DNA of 64,000 nt from Isurus oxyrinchus (taxonomy: Eukaryota). The notes under the pieces are model-generated. The model was not told the DNA's origin. It was given only the letters and a program-made list of their open reading frames with translations, and searched no databases. Location of the stretch: assembly GCA_026770705.1 (NCBI GenBank), contig JANJGN010000031.1:1240001-1304000 (forward strand), in the 5' to 3' direction. Every line of letters begins with the position of its first letter. Positions within the stretch are counted from its first letter, which is position 1. Both the position numbers and the translations under genes were made by a program. Below are positions 26,534-40,409 of the stretch, one piece after another.

Positions 26534-29500
26534 GGGTAGAATTTTACACTGACCAGGTGGGCACACACCCAACCTGATCAGACGTGAAATCGCACAAGAC
26601 GATGCTGGGTGCGTGCTGCCTATTAAACCCAAACAATTGTCACCCATTTTTCTTGATCTACCCAACCTTACAGTTGGCGGGTGACAGAATCAGCCAGGTG
26701 GCCTTCACATTTTTCATGAAACCTCATCCAAGGGCGGGATGAGGTTTCTGTTATGAAGTAGATTCATAATAAAATCCTGTGGCCAGTAGCGTTACCCTCT
26801 ATATTTTCAGGTGCCTAATTCTAATGTTTGGACATCTTTTTCTGGCTTTTTGTAATTTTATTTGATGGTTTTCAGGTCTGCAGCTCCCTGAGGCAACTCT
26901 CTGCATTCACAGAGGTTTCCCTCAGTGCTCGCTTGCACCCACATTGACATTATCACCCGCCCACTTCCCACTTCAACCCCGGTAGCACTGAACTTTTCAA
27001 TATGCATTTCACGCTGGCTGTCCAACTAACGGCCAGCCAGCGAGAAATCATTTTCACATGCAGATCACTGTTGGAAGTCCATTTCCAGGCCAATCCTGGA
27101 CCTACTAATAGTGCCCACTGAGCTAAAACTTCAAGCCCATTTTTCTATGTTTCCTCTGCCCCTCTCTGGCTGTGCAATGGGCAGCAACCTCACTAATCCA
27201 GCTTGGGAGGTGGTGGCAATGGTGGTCAGCACCATTGCCCTGCAAAAGAGGGCAGAAAACTCTGTGCCGCTGCAGGATGAGTGGTCTTCTCTGCTCCACC
27301 AATTCACTCTTCTCATCACTCTCAAATCACACACTCAAAGCCCATCACAAATCCAATGGCATCTCACAACTCAAGGGACAACATCACTAACTCTCACACA
27401 CACCCTCACATCTCCATCAGCCTCATACCCTCTGGAGCTCGCGTCCTCATCCCGTGCATGGCCCCGCTCACCATACAAACATTCCAAACAGTGCCATGCC
27501 CTGCTCACACTCTCTCCATCTGTTTTCATGCAGCAGAAGACTGCTCTCATCAGCAGGGAGAGGTCCCAGGCCAGGGGTGGAGTGGTGCACATTAGGCCCC
27601 TCACTTACTTTAAACAGCTTGTCATTGCACTGACTGATGAGCACGTGGCCCGTCCCTGCAGCAAAGGTGCATTTAAATGTGGACGCCCTCTTAAGTGTCA
27701 TGCACGACATCATCCCTCCCTCAACCCAAAAGTGAGTGCTCTCTCTCCAGATTTTGACTGCTGCCAAGCGCTAATTATCTCAAATTTGTTTCACAGGGAG
27801 CTCTGTCAAGCGACTGACACCCTCAGCTAGCCATTCCCTCAGCTCCATTCACGTCTTCACCTACTTCAAAGTGGACAACTCCTCCATTGAAGAGCTGAAA
27901 ACAAGAAGCCTGGAAGACCCGTAACAGTGCTTACCCACACCGTGAACCAGAGTAGAGACAGACACCTTGGTGCAGCCTAGATCTATAGCAGGCTGGGGTT
28001 CACAATCCGGTAGTCACCACATGGACACATGTCTGCCGCAGCAGGGAGCAGGTTCATGTGAGTTCTCTGGCACTCAGAGGACTACTGGGGATGACAAGCC
28101 TCTTCTAGATTTGGCCTTCCCATCAGACCATTTCCTTGCACATTCACCAGGACAACCCTTTCCTCCCTAGAACCCCTTCCCATACTGGAACACTTTCCCC
28201 CGCCGGAACCTCTATCCCTCCCTTAGCCCTTCCACCCCACAGACTCCACAACCATGGTTAGACCCTTCCCTTTCCTAACTCTCTCTGACATCCTTACTTC
28301 TTCCACACCCTTAGTCCTTCTCCACTTTCGACTGCTTCCTCCAGCCTTACTTATTCCTCCAGCCACACTTCTTCCTCTAGCCTTACTCCTTCCCTCTTCC
28401 TGACTGCCTCAGACCTCTTTACTTCTTTCCCCAGATTTACTCCTTCCCCCTTCCTGACACCTTCCTCCACCCTTACTTGTTCCTCCACTCTTACTCCCTC
28501 CCCTCACTGCACTCCTTCCTCCATGCCCTCATATTTCCTTCCCTCCAAACACTTTCTTATCCCAGAGGCTTCTTCCCCTCACCACGCTCGTTCCTTTTCC
28601 TGACTTTCTTCCCCCATCTGTACTCCTTCCTCCCCCCTGAACACTTTCCCCTCTCCACTGTCCTTCTCCTGTAAAATCATAAGAACTGTAGAAATAGGAA
28701 TAGGGGTAGACCATTCAGCCCCTTGAGCCTGCTCCGCCATTCAATGAGATCATGGCTGATCTTCTTGTGTTTCGATTTCCACATTCCCAGCTAACCCCGA
28801 TAACCCTTGCCTAATGAGAATCTATCTACCTCTGCCTTAAAAATATTCAATGATCCCATTCTGAGGCAAAGAGTTCCAAAGTTGTACAACCCTCTGAGAG
28901 AAAAAAATTCTCCTCTTCTCTGTCCTAAAAGGGCGACCCCTAATTTTAAAGATGTAACCCGTATTTCTGGACTCACCCAAAAGAGGAAACAGCTTATCAA
29001 CATCCACATTGTCAAGGCCGTTCAGGATCTTGCATTCTTCAATGAAATCACACCTCATTTTTCTAAACTCCAATGGAAACAAGCCAAGTCTGTCCAACCA
29101 TTCCTCATAAGGCAACCTACTTATTCCAGCTTCTCTTACACCTTCCAGCCCCCTTACACCTACCTCCTCAGTTGCCAACTTCCCTGGTATAGCCCGCTCT
29201 CTCCTAGCCCCCAATCTCATCCCCACAACAACTTCACTGCCCCCTCCCAACCGCATCACATCCCCCCTGACCTCTTCCTCTCTTTGTCGATCCTTCCACC
29301 ATCATACATTGTGATCATCAACGGTGACTGTTCATCTTACATAAGCTGCTTGGCAGCAGAGCCATGCCCATGAGAATCCAACCAGCATGCCATGGACGTT
29401 CGTCCCAGATCACGTTGCTGTTGGGCTTCAGCACCTTCTGTTGCTTAAATGACCACAATGCGAGCAAGGCCCTGCCATTAACTTTCAACTTCTGCCCATC

Positions 29501-29790
29501 ACAGTTGTCAAGGCATCTGTTGCACCAATATGTTTTCCCGCTGACTTGGGCAGATGATCCAGCGGGGGTGAATGGGTTTGGCAGGGTGGCTTTATACTGA
29601 TATGTTAATGTATTACAGTAAGGTTCCTGACATCCAATGGCAGGGAACGCAGTGCACCATCGATGGATGGAGCAGACGATTGCAACCTAGCTTCATGGCA
29701 TAGTGAAACTGATTTTTGGGCTTTTCATAATTTTGTCCACTCATGCCACAAAACACATCCAAAACCAGTGGGTACGGAAAATCTTGGCTT
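26534..29790. mobile_element. Second decayed Harbinger-like element (Myb/SANT-like remnant on +), containing a CR1 3' fragment (28680-29110) and pyrimidine-rich low-complexity DNA (28150-28670)
   Basis: Start GGGTAGAATTTTAC resembles the first element's TIR. AWEVVAMVVS and KTALISRERSQARGG parallel the Myb-like gene of the first element. Confidence 0.6.
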
Positions 29791-29799
29791 CCATCTCAA

Positions 29800-32070
29800 T
29801 CTGACGTAGTCACCTGTCTCCTCACATGCTCCTTACTGACAGTATTTCTGGCCGGGTCTTAACAAGGGCATGGTGCAGTTTTGTAAAATGTGCCTTACCT
29901 ACCAAATGATGGGCAAACCACAATCTACAATCAAAGAGGCACCCTTAATTCCCATACCACTTTTTGAGGAGCTGTTTAGTAGGGTGTTAATAGATTCTGT
30001 GGGACTGTTACCAAAAATGAAAGGAGGACACCAATAGATCCTTACTATCATGGATATGACAACACAATTTTGGAACGTCACCACTTTAAGAGCAATGACA
30101 GCTAACGTAGTGAATTTAACCCAATTTATAAATTGATATGTATTATTTATAGAGATACAGTGAGACCAAGCTTCCTATTTCGTGTCTAATTATTTTCGAA
30201 AAATAAGGAGTAGTTTGAGTATTAAATAGTTAAAATCCAGAGCTTGTCATCCACAGACACAGGGAGTTTTAGAGAGGTACCATGAAACTCTCAGATAAAT
30301 AATTAAAGCACATGGCCTTGAATATCCCCATGATTGGGACAAAGGACTGAATGTTCTTTTATTTGCCACCCAAGATTCACTGAATGAAGCTACTAGTTTT
30401 AGTTATTTTGAATTAATTGATGGATGTCAAATAAATTAATCAAAAAAAGCTTTTAGAACAGAGGAATGAATAATGTATGTTAGATAATATGCCTGTGTTC
30501 CAGGAATGGCTCATGAGAGCCTGAAATGTGGCTCAAGAACATGTTAAGCTATCTCAAAGGTGAAGGAATGGGCAGATAAACAACCTGTAAGATGAGCATT
30601 ACAACCAGGGGATGAAGTGTCAGTGTTTTTGCCTTTACAGGGGGAACCTCTGAAATCACGATTCAGTGATCCATACAAGGTAATTAAGTGGGTTGGTAAA
30701 GTAAATTATTTAATAGACACCTTATATTGCAGTTACACTAATTGGCTGTGTCATTCAATAGAAGTAGAACAATACCATCGTAAGGAGGAGGATAAGAAGG
30801 GGCAGGTATGTCAGGTTATAAGCACAGTGGAGGACAGGAGAGACAGAGAGAGTGAGGCAGAAGTAAACTTAGACAGTTCACAAATTGAACCTCTTACTAT
30901 TTGGTTAGCTGAGACTGAAATATTAGGATTGTTGGACACCATGTTCACATACTTAGAGGCAGGACAATGAGAGAATATGGTGAGGTTACTTACAGAATGT
31001 AAAAGAATTGGTATGGATACACTAAGACGCACAACCTTTACCCTGCATGATGTGGAGGTAGGGGGATCTTCTCCTATAAAACAATATCCTTATCATTTAA
31101 GTCCAGGGAAACAAGCCCAACTGAAAGCAGAAATTCAAAATATGTTAGAATATAACCTAATTGAACTTAATCAAAGCAGCTGGACTTCTTCAGTAGTAGT
31201 ATTGCCTAAGCTTGATGGGTCAACTAGATACTGCATGGATTAAAGAAAGGTTAATGCTGGAACAAAAACGCATTTCTACTCAGCCTGTCAACTAGAGGAC
31301 TGTATTGGCAGGGTTGGCAGTGCCACGTTCCTTATTAAGATAGACTTATGAAAGGTTACGGGCAAGTACCTTTAACATCACTTGCTAAGGAAATATCGGC
31401 TTTTGTCACACCAAATAGGCTTTACCAATGCCAAGTAATGCCATTCAGGCTAAAAATGCTGCAGCTACTTTCCAAACGCTAATGAATCAAGTTGTAACTA
31501 GTGTCTCTAACCGTGTGATTTACTTGGAAGATGTATTGATTTACAGCAACACTTGGAAACGTCATTCAAAACAATTGGAATAAAAAACAGAAAATGCTGG
31601 GAAAATTCAGCAGTCTGACAGCATCTGTGGAGAGAGAAACAGAATTTATGTTTTGAGTCTGTGTAGCTCTTCTTCCACCAGAGCACTGGATCGACAATGC
31701 CAAAAACATGCAAACTTTATCCTTTTTATAAAGCTTTTTCTTCAACTGCCAATCTCCACAGAAACCATATCTGTTTGTCCTTTGTAGCTTGTGTGTGCGT
31801 GTGTTGGGGCAATTTAAGAGGGACAGGAAGTTTTACTTCCAGGTTGATAACCAGTTCTTGCAACTTGTTTGAAAAAATAAGTTTTGTTTTATAATAAATC
31901 AATCATTCTGAATTCATTGAAATAAATCTGGTTAAAGTATTTTTTTTATTCTGGGTGGAACAGTAGCAATGGTAAATAATTTTGGTGAGTGAATTAAACT
32001 TTTAAAATTACGGTGTGACTTTGGAAGAGTGATGCAGGATAAACTGCTCACTTCTCCCATCCTGGTCACA
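29800..32070 (+). mobile_element. Decayed Gmr1-type Ty3/Gypsy retrotransposon (integrase upstream of RT), with possible LTR remnant at ~31700-32070
   Basis: Integrase YFWPGL..., LIPIPLFEELFSRVLIDSVGLLPK (~29840-30760) precedes Gypsy-type RT PIKQYPYHLSP, SSWTSSVVVLPKLDGSTRYCMD, SAFVTP, VMPF, IYLEDVLIYS (~31040-31570). Confidence 0.75.
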
Positions 32071-33519
32071 ACAGTGTCTCTGACTGTTTCTGTGAGTCTG
32101 TTTGCGAGTGTGCGTGTCTATTTCTCTCTCTCTGTTTCTCTCTCTCTCTGTATCTCCCTCTGTCTCACCCTGTTTCTCTCTCCCTCTCTGTCAGTCTATT
32201 TGGCTATCTCTTGAGCCTAGATTTTCAAGGATTCACGGAGACTTTGGGGACCTTTAAATATGGCAGGCAGAACACAAATCCAGAAGGCGCATCCCCATTT
32301 CAGACATATCCTATTTTTGCAATTTGTGGAAAGGGGGCTTACAAGACCAAAGTCTAAACTCAGCAGGGACATTTTAATTCAGTGCTGATTTAAGGCAGGC
32401 CCCATTTTCCCTACAGCATGGTCTTTATCCCCAGTGGTTAAGAATTTTTAGGGTAGACATCATGTGAGGGCAAGTAAGGACTATGGAGCTGTCATTTTGA
32501 GTTATTCTGAGGTTTCCCTTTAAAAGCTGAAAAAGAATGTTTCTTGTGACTGTGAGTTGAAAGAAAATCTGTGCCAGCAGCTTCAACAGTTGTTTGTCGA
32601 ATTAATGCTAAGGATTATCATTATAGCATTATTACTGATTGGCTGCTTTCCACAACCTATCATTATCACAGTAGGGTGTTGTAAGTTTACAGTTTGACTG
32701 ACAGTTCAAAGGAGTTATGTGGAGTAATGAATACAATGCTAGTTTTATAAGGATCTAAGTTCCTAAAGGGATTTAGAGGTATTGAGTATGAATGAAACTG
32801 TTTATATATATCGTGAAGTAATAGTTATTTAGAACTTTAATTCATTTCAGCTCAGCATCGCTCCTGGTGGATACTGGGTGAGTTGGCATGGAGAGTATAA
32901 GGGCAAATAGAGGTGGGGAGCATAAATTGGTAATAATTTGACACAAGGGTTATGAAAGACCATGTGATGAGAGAGAAGTCATGAGTTGACACTAAGTTGG
33001 CTTGGGGGCTGTGAGGGGCCATGGAGGTGCGTGGGCAGGTCATGAGTTGGCATGTATGAACATGGGGAAGGGGAAGTGGCAGTGAGTGGGTTTATGGCTG
33101 GCACTAATGGGGCCTAATATTTAACAAATCAACTGAGATGAAGCGGCAGAGAACAGAGGCAGACCTATTAATTAGACCAACTCAGCACTTGGAAGCCCCT
33201 GTGGCTGCTTCCGATCTGCACCCACCCCCTCTAAATAAAGATCCCCGTTTTGGGGGGTCTATCCAGAGAGAGATAGGTAGAGAGGCATAGTGTGTAATGG
33301 TGCTTCTCTCTATATATCTCTCTGTCTATCTCTCTACGCATCTCTCTCTCTCTGCATCTGCCTCCCTGTCTGCCTCTTTCCCTCTGTCTGACTCACTCTC
33401 CCTTTCTGTGTATCTCACTCATTTTGTGTGTGTGTATCTGTGTGTGTTTGTGTGTGTGTGTGTGTCTTTGCCTATCTCTCTCTCGCTCTCTCTCTGCGTC
33501 TCTGTGTGTGTCTTTCCCT

Positions 33520-35115
33520 ATGTCACAGAATCAGAGAATAACAGAATCACACAGTGCAGAAGAGGTCCTTCTGCCCATTGAGTCTGCTTCAACACATGAG
33601 AAACACCTGACCTACCTACCTAATCCCATTTACCAACACCTGGCACATTGCCTTGAATGTTCTGATATGCCAAGTGCTTATCCAGGTACTTTTTAAAGGA
33701 TGTGAAGCAAGACGCCTCCACCACATTCCCAGGCAGTGCATTCCAGACCATCACCACCCTCTGTGTAAAAAAGTTTTTCCTCATATCCCCGTAAACCTCC
33801 TGCCCCTCACCTTGAGCTTATGTACCGTCGTGACTGACCCTTCAACTAAGGGGAACAGCTGCTCCCTATCCACCCTGTCCATGCACCTAATAATCTTGTA
33901 CACCTCTATCAGTCCGCTCCTCAATCTTCTCTGCTCCAATAAAATCAACCAAAGTCTATCTAACCTCTCTTCATAACTTAAATGTTTCATCTCAGGCAAC
34001 ATCCTGGTGAATCTCCACTGCACACTCTCCAGTGCAATCACATCCTTTCTATAATGTGGCGACCAGAACTGCGCACAGTACCCCAGCTGTGGCCTCACCA
34101 AGGTTCTACAATACTCCAACATGACCTTCCTAATTTTGTAATCTATGCCTCAATTGATAAAGGCACGTGTCCCATATGCCTTTTTCACCACCCCACTAAA
34201 ATGCCCCTCTGCCGTCAGAGAGCTATGGAGACACACACAACGTCCCTTTGTTCCTCAGAACGTCCCAGTGTCATGCCGTTCATTGAAAATTTCCTTGTCA
34301 AGTTACTCATTCCACAGTGTATCACCTCATACTTTTCAGGGGTAAATTCCATCTGCCACTTATCTGCCCATTTGACCATCCCACCTATATGTCCCTGTCG
34401 CCCAACACACACAACTTCACTGTTAACCTCCGGGCCAATCATTGCGTCATCTGCAAACTTGCTAGTCCCACCGCCCCACATCGACATCAATGTCATTTAT
34501 ATACATGAGGACCAACAGAGATCCCTGTGTTATGCCACTGGACACTGGCTTCCAGTCACTAAAGCATCTTTCTGTCATCACACTCTGTCTCCTACAACTA
34601 ACCTAATTTTGAATCCACCTTATCAAATTACCCTGCATCCCATGTGCATTTGCCTTCTATATAAGTCTCCCATGTGGGACCTTGTCAAAGGCTTTGCTGA
34701 AATCAATTTAAGCCACACCAACTGCACTACCCTCATCTACACACCTCTCACCCTCTCAAAGAATTCAATCATATTGGTTAGTCATGACCTTCCGCTGACA
34801 AAGCCATGCAAACTATCCCTGATCAAACCTTGCCTCTCTGAGTGGTGATAGATTCTCTCCTTCAGATTTTTCTCCAATAGTTTCCCAACCACTGACGTGA
34901 GACTCACTGGCCTTTAGTTCCTTGGCTTACCTCTACAAGCCTTCTTAAATAGCGGAACCACATCAGCTGTTCTCCCGTCCTCTAGCACCTATCCCGTGGC
35001 CTTGGAGGAATTAAAAATCTGGGTCAGAGCCCCTGCGATCTCTTCCTTTGCCTCCCTCAGTAGCCTGGGACACAAGTCATCTGGATCTGGAGACGTCCAC
35101 TTTTAAGCCTGCCAA
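33520..35115 (-). mobile_element. CR1-clade LINE, same subfamily as 13450-15305, flanked by (TC/TG)n tracts at 33300-33520 and 35118-35605
   Basis: Closely similar 3' end (acagaatcac...acacagtgcagaaga); SKFADDAMIG, LVRPQLGYCAQFWSP. Confidence 0.88.
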
Positions 35116-35889
35116 CAACTCTCTCTCTCTCTCTCTCTGTTTGTGTGTCTCAGGTTTTCTGTCTCTCTCCCTATGTCTCCCTGTGCCTGTCCATCTCTCT
35201 CTCGCTCCCTCACTGTGCATCCTTCTGTTTTTCTATCAATCTATATATGTCTACCTCTCTGTTTCTCCCTACTTCTTTTCCTCTGCGTGCACGTCATTTT
35301 CTGCATCTCTATATGTGTGCCTCTGTCTCACTCTGTGTCTTTCTCTATCGCTCTGTCCAAATCTCTGTCTGCCTCCCTCCTACTGTAACTGTGTGTGAAT
35401 CTGTGTGTCTCTCAGTGCACTTCACTCTCTGTCTGTCTCTGTGTCTCTCGCTCTATCTATCTCCCTGCATCTCTTTCTTTTAGCCTTCCTCTTGGGTATG
35501 TCTCTCTGCCTCTCTGTCAGTCTCTGTGTCTCTCTTTCACTGTGTCTTTCTCTCTTTTTCTGTGTCTCTCTCTCCCTCTATTCACCTCTCTCTCTCTGTC
35601 TCATATTAGTTAACAATTCAGCTTTTTTTCTCCATTTAAACATTTAATAAATAAAAACGTGCACACATAGCAATGTCTTGTCATTATTTTAAATTGAGAG
35701 AGGAATATTTCATAGCTCTTTTCAATCAAGTTTTCATATGAGATAGAGAGGGAAAGAAACAAAACATAATGTTTCTCAGAGTGAGGGGAACAGGTTAGAG
35801 GGAGAAAGAGGAGAGAATGTGGGAACAGGGAGATTATATTTTATTATGATTGATATCACAATGGATGAGTACAGTTATATGACTACCGA

Positions 35890-37671
35890 GTCGGATCTCT
35901 TTGTCCTCGTGTTCCTTCATGGTTGTCTTCGTCCAGTCCAGATTTTTCCCCACATGGGTGTACACCCCATAATTGCAGCATCCCTAGCATCCAAACAACA
36001 TGATCACCCTGACAATGTGGTGAGTGGGATTCAGAGGGTCTATGAACACATAGGGGCCCCCGCTGTCCCCTTGGCAGGAGGCAATGGCAGGAGTCCAGTG
36101 CAGATCATGTTAAGGATGAAAATGGGCTTTGGCCCATCGTAGTTAGAATTCTTACACTCATCCATGCTGACGATGGGTACCTCAGCATACTGTAGAATCA
36201 TGGCAAGTCTCCTCTTTTCCATCTTATCCCACTCTGAAATATAACACAATGAACCATCCTCCGGCAGAGATGCCCCTTCTGGTCCAGGCAGGCACACGAG
36301 GGATAAACTGGATCCCTGTTTAACCTTCTTTCGGAGCTTGATCAGTGCAATGTCATGATTGAAATTAGGCTGTCTGCCCTCAACTTGCTCCCTATACTGG
36401 GGTGGATGAAGGCCAATTCCATGGGGAGCTCATCTTCTGGTTTTCTTCCCCTTAGATCAACAAATCCACCGTGGATTTCCACCTGGAGCAAGTTATCAAA
36501 GAGGTGAGCCGCGGTCAGCACCCATCTGTCAGAGATCAGGGCTCCGCCACCCATCTCGCCCCTGATGGTGACCAACTGCAACTGCCAGGGGAAATAGCCC
36601 AGTTTTACCTGCTTTCCGCCAAAAATATGGCCAGCTTTGGAGGAGAGTAGGCAATTCCCACAGACTGGGGACACATGAAAATTGAAGGAGTTGAAAAGTT
36701 CTCGGATCATCTTCAAAGTGACAAAACAGTTGAACACCAGACACACGAGCCCTGCTTTGTATTTCATTTGGGAGACAGCACACAGAGGGGTGGCGTCACA
36801 TCAACAACCCCTGCTACACGCCCTGCTCGTCGGGCATTGAAATGACAAGGAACCAAAAAGGTCATCTGCAACATTGCCCATTGTGCACGCCCTCCCTCAG
36901 TCGAATAACTAGTGATCAGGAAGGGAGAATCTCCACAGAGAGCTCACCAAAGAAAGCAGCCCTGAATGGCTGATTATCTCTTTTGAAGTTTTTGCATAGT
37001 CCCAAGCTGAAGCATGGTGGGCCATTCTGTTCACCATACTTTCAGGAGGTCAAAGCCTTGGAGCAAGTGCAAGAGGAGATTTAGCAGAATGGTACCAGGC
37101 ATGTGAGACTTCAGTCATTGTGGAGTGACTGGAGAAGCTGGGACTGTTCTTTGTATAACAGAGAAGGTTAAGGGGAGATTCAATAGAGGTATTCACAATG
37201 AAGAGGGATTTTGATAGCTAAGGAGAAACTGTTTGCACTTGCAGGATGGTTGGCAACCAAAGGAAACAGTTCAAGATATTGGGAAAAGAACTAGTGCTGA
37301 CGTGAGAAAACAGTTTTTTAACACCGTTGAGTTATTATGATCTGCAATGTACTGCTTGAAATAGCAGTGGAAGAAAAGCAGATTCAGTAACAGCTTTCAG
37401 AAGAAAATTGGATAAATACTTAAAAGGGACAATAATTTGCAGGGCTGTGGGGAAAGTGCAAGGGCAAGTCGTATTAATTGGATAGCTCTATCAAAGAACC
37501 AGCAGAGGCACAATGGGGCAAATGGCCCCCTGTGAGCTATCAATAAATGATTTATGCTACTTTGCTACTCATTACACTCTCAGAGATATTTACCTGGTTT
37601 GCACTTTGGCAGGGACTTCTGCCCACTCATGGCATCTATCTATTCAGCATTGTCCAAGTAGTTAAAGACAA
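35890..37671 (-). pseudogene. Complement C1s/C1r/MASP2-type serine protease pseudogene: CCP2 C-terminal exon 37594-37671 and protease-domain exon ~35890-36664
   Basis: A 78-nt phase-1 exon VFNYLDNAE*IDAMSGQKSLPKCKP|gt splices to ag|VCGNCLLSSKAGHIFGGKQVKLGYFPWQLQLVTIRGEMGGGALISDRWVLTAAH...FIHP/QYREQVEGRQPNFNHDIALIKLRKKVK...VCLPG...NMICTG/SCQGDSGGPYVFIDP...GC*GCCNYGVYTHVGKNLDWTKTTMKE. The protease domain is a single exon, lacks histidine-loop cysteines, and its catalytic Ser is AGC (36062-36064). Two frameshifts and two stops. Confidence 0.88.
37040..37545 (+). mobile_element. CR1 3' fragment in the intron of the protease pseudogene
   Basis: gagaagctgggactgttc...gagaaggttaaggggagatt; CR1-type 3' UTR. 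Confidence 0.7.
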
Positions 37672-39409
37672 CTGGTGTGGAAAAGCATATAAATGGAAAG
37701 AGATAGCAGTCAGAGAGAGAAGTTTATGTACAGTCATAACTTTATTCCAGCTAGAATGGAGCTGATTGGGGCATTTCCCTGTGTCAATCATGACTGATCT
37801 TGATTTTCCTGCGCACCATTTATACTTTGTAACAATTCTCTGCTCACTGCAATTTTGCTAGCCACATCCCTCTGCTTCTCTTCGGGTGCATTACTATAGC
37901 TTCAGTCATGTTCTGTTTGCTGTAGTTCATCGGGACTCTTTCATAAACAGTAGATTGTTTGTTGAGGTGTGCAGTTTATATAGAATCTGATGACGTTAAT
38001 TGCAACACTTCCTACACAGCATCTATAGGCTGTCTGCTATGGCACATTGCTTAAATGCACTCTGTTTGTTCACAGTTCAAAGAAGCTTTAAAAAAATAGA
38101 CAGTGTAGACAGTTTTACGGAGTGCAATCTTTCAATAGACTTTGTTTGCTGTCGTTAGAGAAGCTCATAATAAATAGACGCTGTAGACTGCTATATTGCA
38201 CTGTTTAACAAGAGGCATCCTTGACCTCCATTTACAATAAATTGGCCTAACACACACGGGAAAGTAAAGACTAGGAGTTGGCTACATTAATTAAAAGGTA
38301 TGTTCTTACCACAATCACAATTCCAATCATCTCTGCTCCAGCTTTTGAGATCACAACCTTCCTCTTCAAGGAGCCAGCCTGGGTCTTGGGTACCCATAGG
38401 GAGGAGGATCAACAGGTGCAAACCCCTGAGCCATCCATCCAGGAGACTCCAGAATTGTTATGTTTGTATGCTCTGTCCCTTCCTGTCACGCTCTGGTTAC
38501 CATGACCAATATCGATACCCTGCAAAATTACCTTGCCCTTTCTCTTTAACTTTCCAAATTTACCCTCAGAAGAACCCCCAACTCCACCAATATTTAGTTT
38601 AATCCCTGTCTAAAGCCCTAGTTATACGAATTGACAATACACCGTTCCCAGCATTGTTCAAGTGAAGACCACCTCAAAAGCACAGCTCTCTCTTTTCCCA
38701 TACTGGTGCCAGTGCCCTATGAATCAAAATCAACTTTGCCTACAACAATTTTTGAACCATGCATTCAAATATCTCACCTTCTTTAACCTATGCCATTTTG
38801 CTCATGACTCAGGTAGTAATCCAAAGATTATTGCCTTTCTGCCTTTTAATTTAATCGATACCTCCTTATACTCCCCCAGCAGAATTTATTTCTTAGACCT
38901 ACCGATATTGTTCTTAGAAACTGTTATCAAGTCTACCTTTTCCAATTAGAACTATCCAATCTATACAAAGGTTAAAGTTATCCGCTATTATGGTGTTATT
39001 GTTCTTACAAAACCTCATTATTCCTTAATTTATACTCTGCCCTAGAGTAGCTAGTTTTAGGGGGTTCTCCCCATTGCTATTTCTTAGCTCCATCCAATCA
39101 GATTCTACATTTTCATCTTTGGAACCAATATCATTTCTCACGACTGTGCTGATCCCATCTTTGTTAACAGCGCTATCACACCTCCCTTTCCATTCTTCCT
39201 GTCCTTCCTAAACGTCAAGTGCCCCTGAGTACAAGGCACTTGACAAGAACATGAATCAGGCCAAAATATTAACCACCATGCTCCATTAGGAGATATTCGG
39301 ACAGGTGGCCATAACTTTGTTGAAAGCAAGAACATATTTGGGATGATGTACGACTGACACTTGCTCCTATGTTCCTACATGTTTAAGATTTGGTCAAATA
39401 GATAACATT

Positions 39410-40400
39410 GAACATAAGAACATAAGTGCTAGAGCAGGAGTAGGCAATTCAGCCCCTCGAGCCTGCCTGCCATTCAACACAATCATGTCTGATCACATTT
39501 CGGCCCAACTCCAATTTCGCGCCCCCTCCCCATAACCTTTCAACCAGTTATTAACTTAAAAACTGTCTATCTCCTCCTTAATTTTATTCTGCGTCCCAGC
39601 ATACACTGCATTCTGAGGTAATGAATTCCACAGATTAATGACCCTTTGAGAAATTGGAGCCATCATCATCTCTGATTTAAATCTACCACCCCTTAGCCTA
39701 GAACAATGGCCTCTCATTCTAGAATGCCCCACAAGGGGAAACATCTGCTCTACATCTAGTTTGTCAATCCCCTTAAGCATCTTACATACCTAAGTTAGAT
39801 TTCCTTTCAGCCTTCTACTCTAGTGAGTGTAGGCTTAATGTGCTCAATCACACCTCATAAAACAAACCCTGTACCTCTGGTATCAATCTACTGAACCTCT
39901 TCTGAACCACCTCCAGAGTAACTACATATTTCCTCAAGTAAGGGGGCCAAAACTATGCACAGTGCACCAGGTGCGGTTTCATCAATGCCTTGTACAGTTG
40001 CAACAACAATTCTCTAGTTTCATACTCTAATCCTTTAGAAATAAATGCCAACATTCCATTTGCCTTCCTTACTTCCTGCTATACTATCTTTCAGCCATTC
40101 ATGCACGATGACACTGAAGCATTCTGAAGTTTCTCTCCATTTAAGTAATAAGTCGCCTTTTTATCCTTCCAACCAAAATGACTAACCTTGCACTTATCCA
40201 AGTTAAACTCCATCAACCAGATTTTAGCCCACTCATGTAACCTGTCCATAACCATTTGTAAATGTCTTATTTCAGCATTGCAACTTACTTTCCCATCTAT
40301 TTTGGTGTAATTAGCTATTGTACCTTTTATCCATGAGTCCAAGTTATTAATATAGATTGTGAATTGTTGGGACCCTGTGGCAGTCCACCAATTACAGATT
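39410..40400 (-). mobile_element. CR1-clade LINE fragment
   Basis: QFTIYINNLD, WLMEFNLDKCKV, SQRVINLWNSLP. Confidence 0.8.
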
Positions 40401-40409
40401 GCCATTGAG

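Noticed and set aside
33982-34848. 288-aa ORF and similar long ORFs (27111-27830, 28807-29373, 35048-35647)
   Set aside because: These are antisense to CR1, or read through Harbinger remnants or low-complexity TC repeats.
35890-36664. Trypsinogen (PRSS) gene, as expected inside TRB loci
   Set aside because: The single-exon protease domain, AGY serine codon, missing histidine-loop cysteines and upstream CCP exon point to the C1r/C1s/MASP family.
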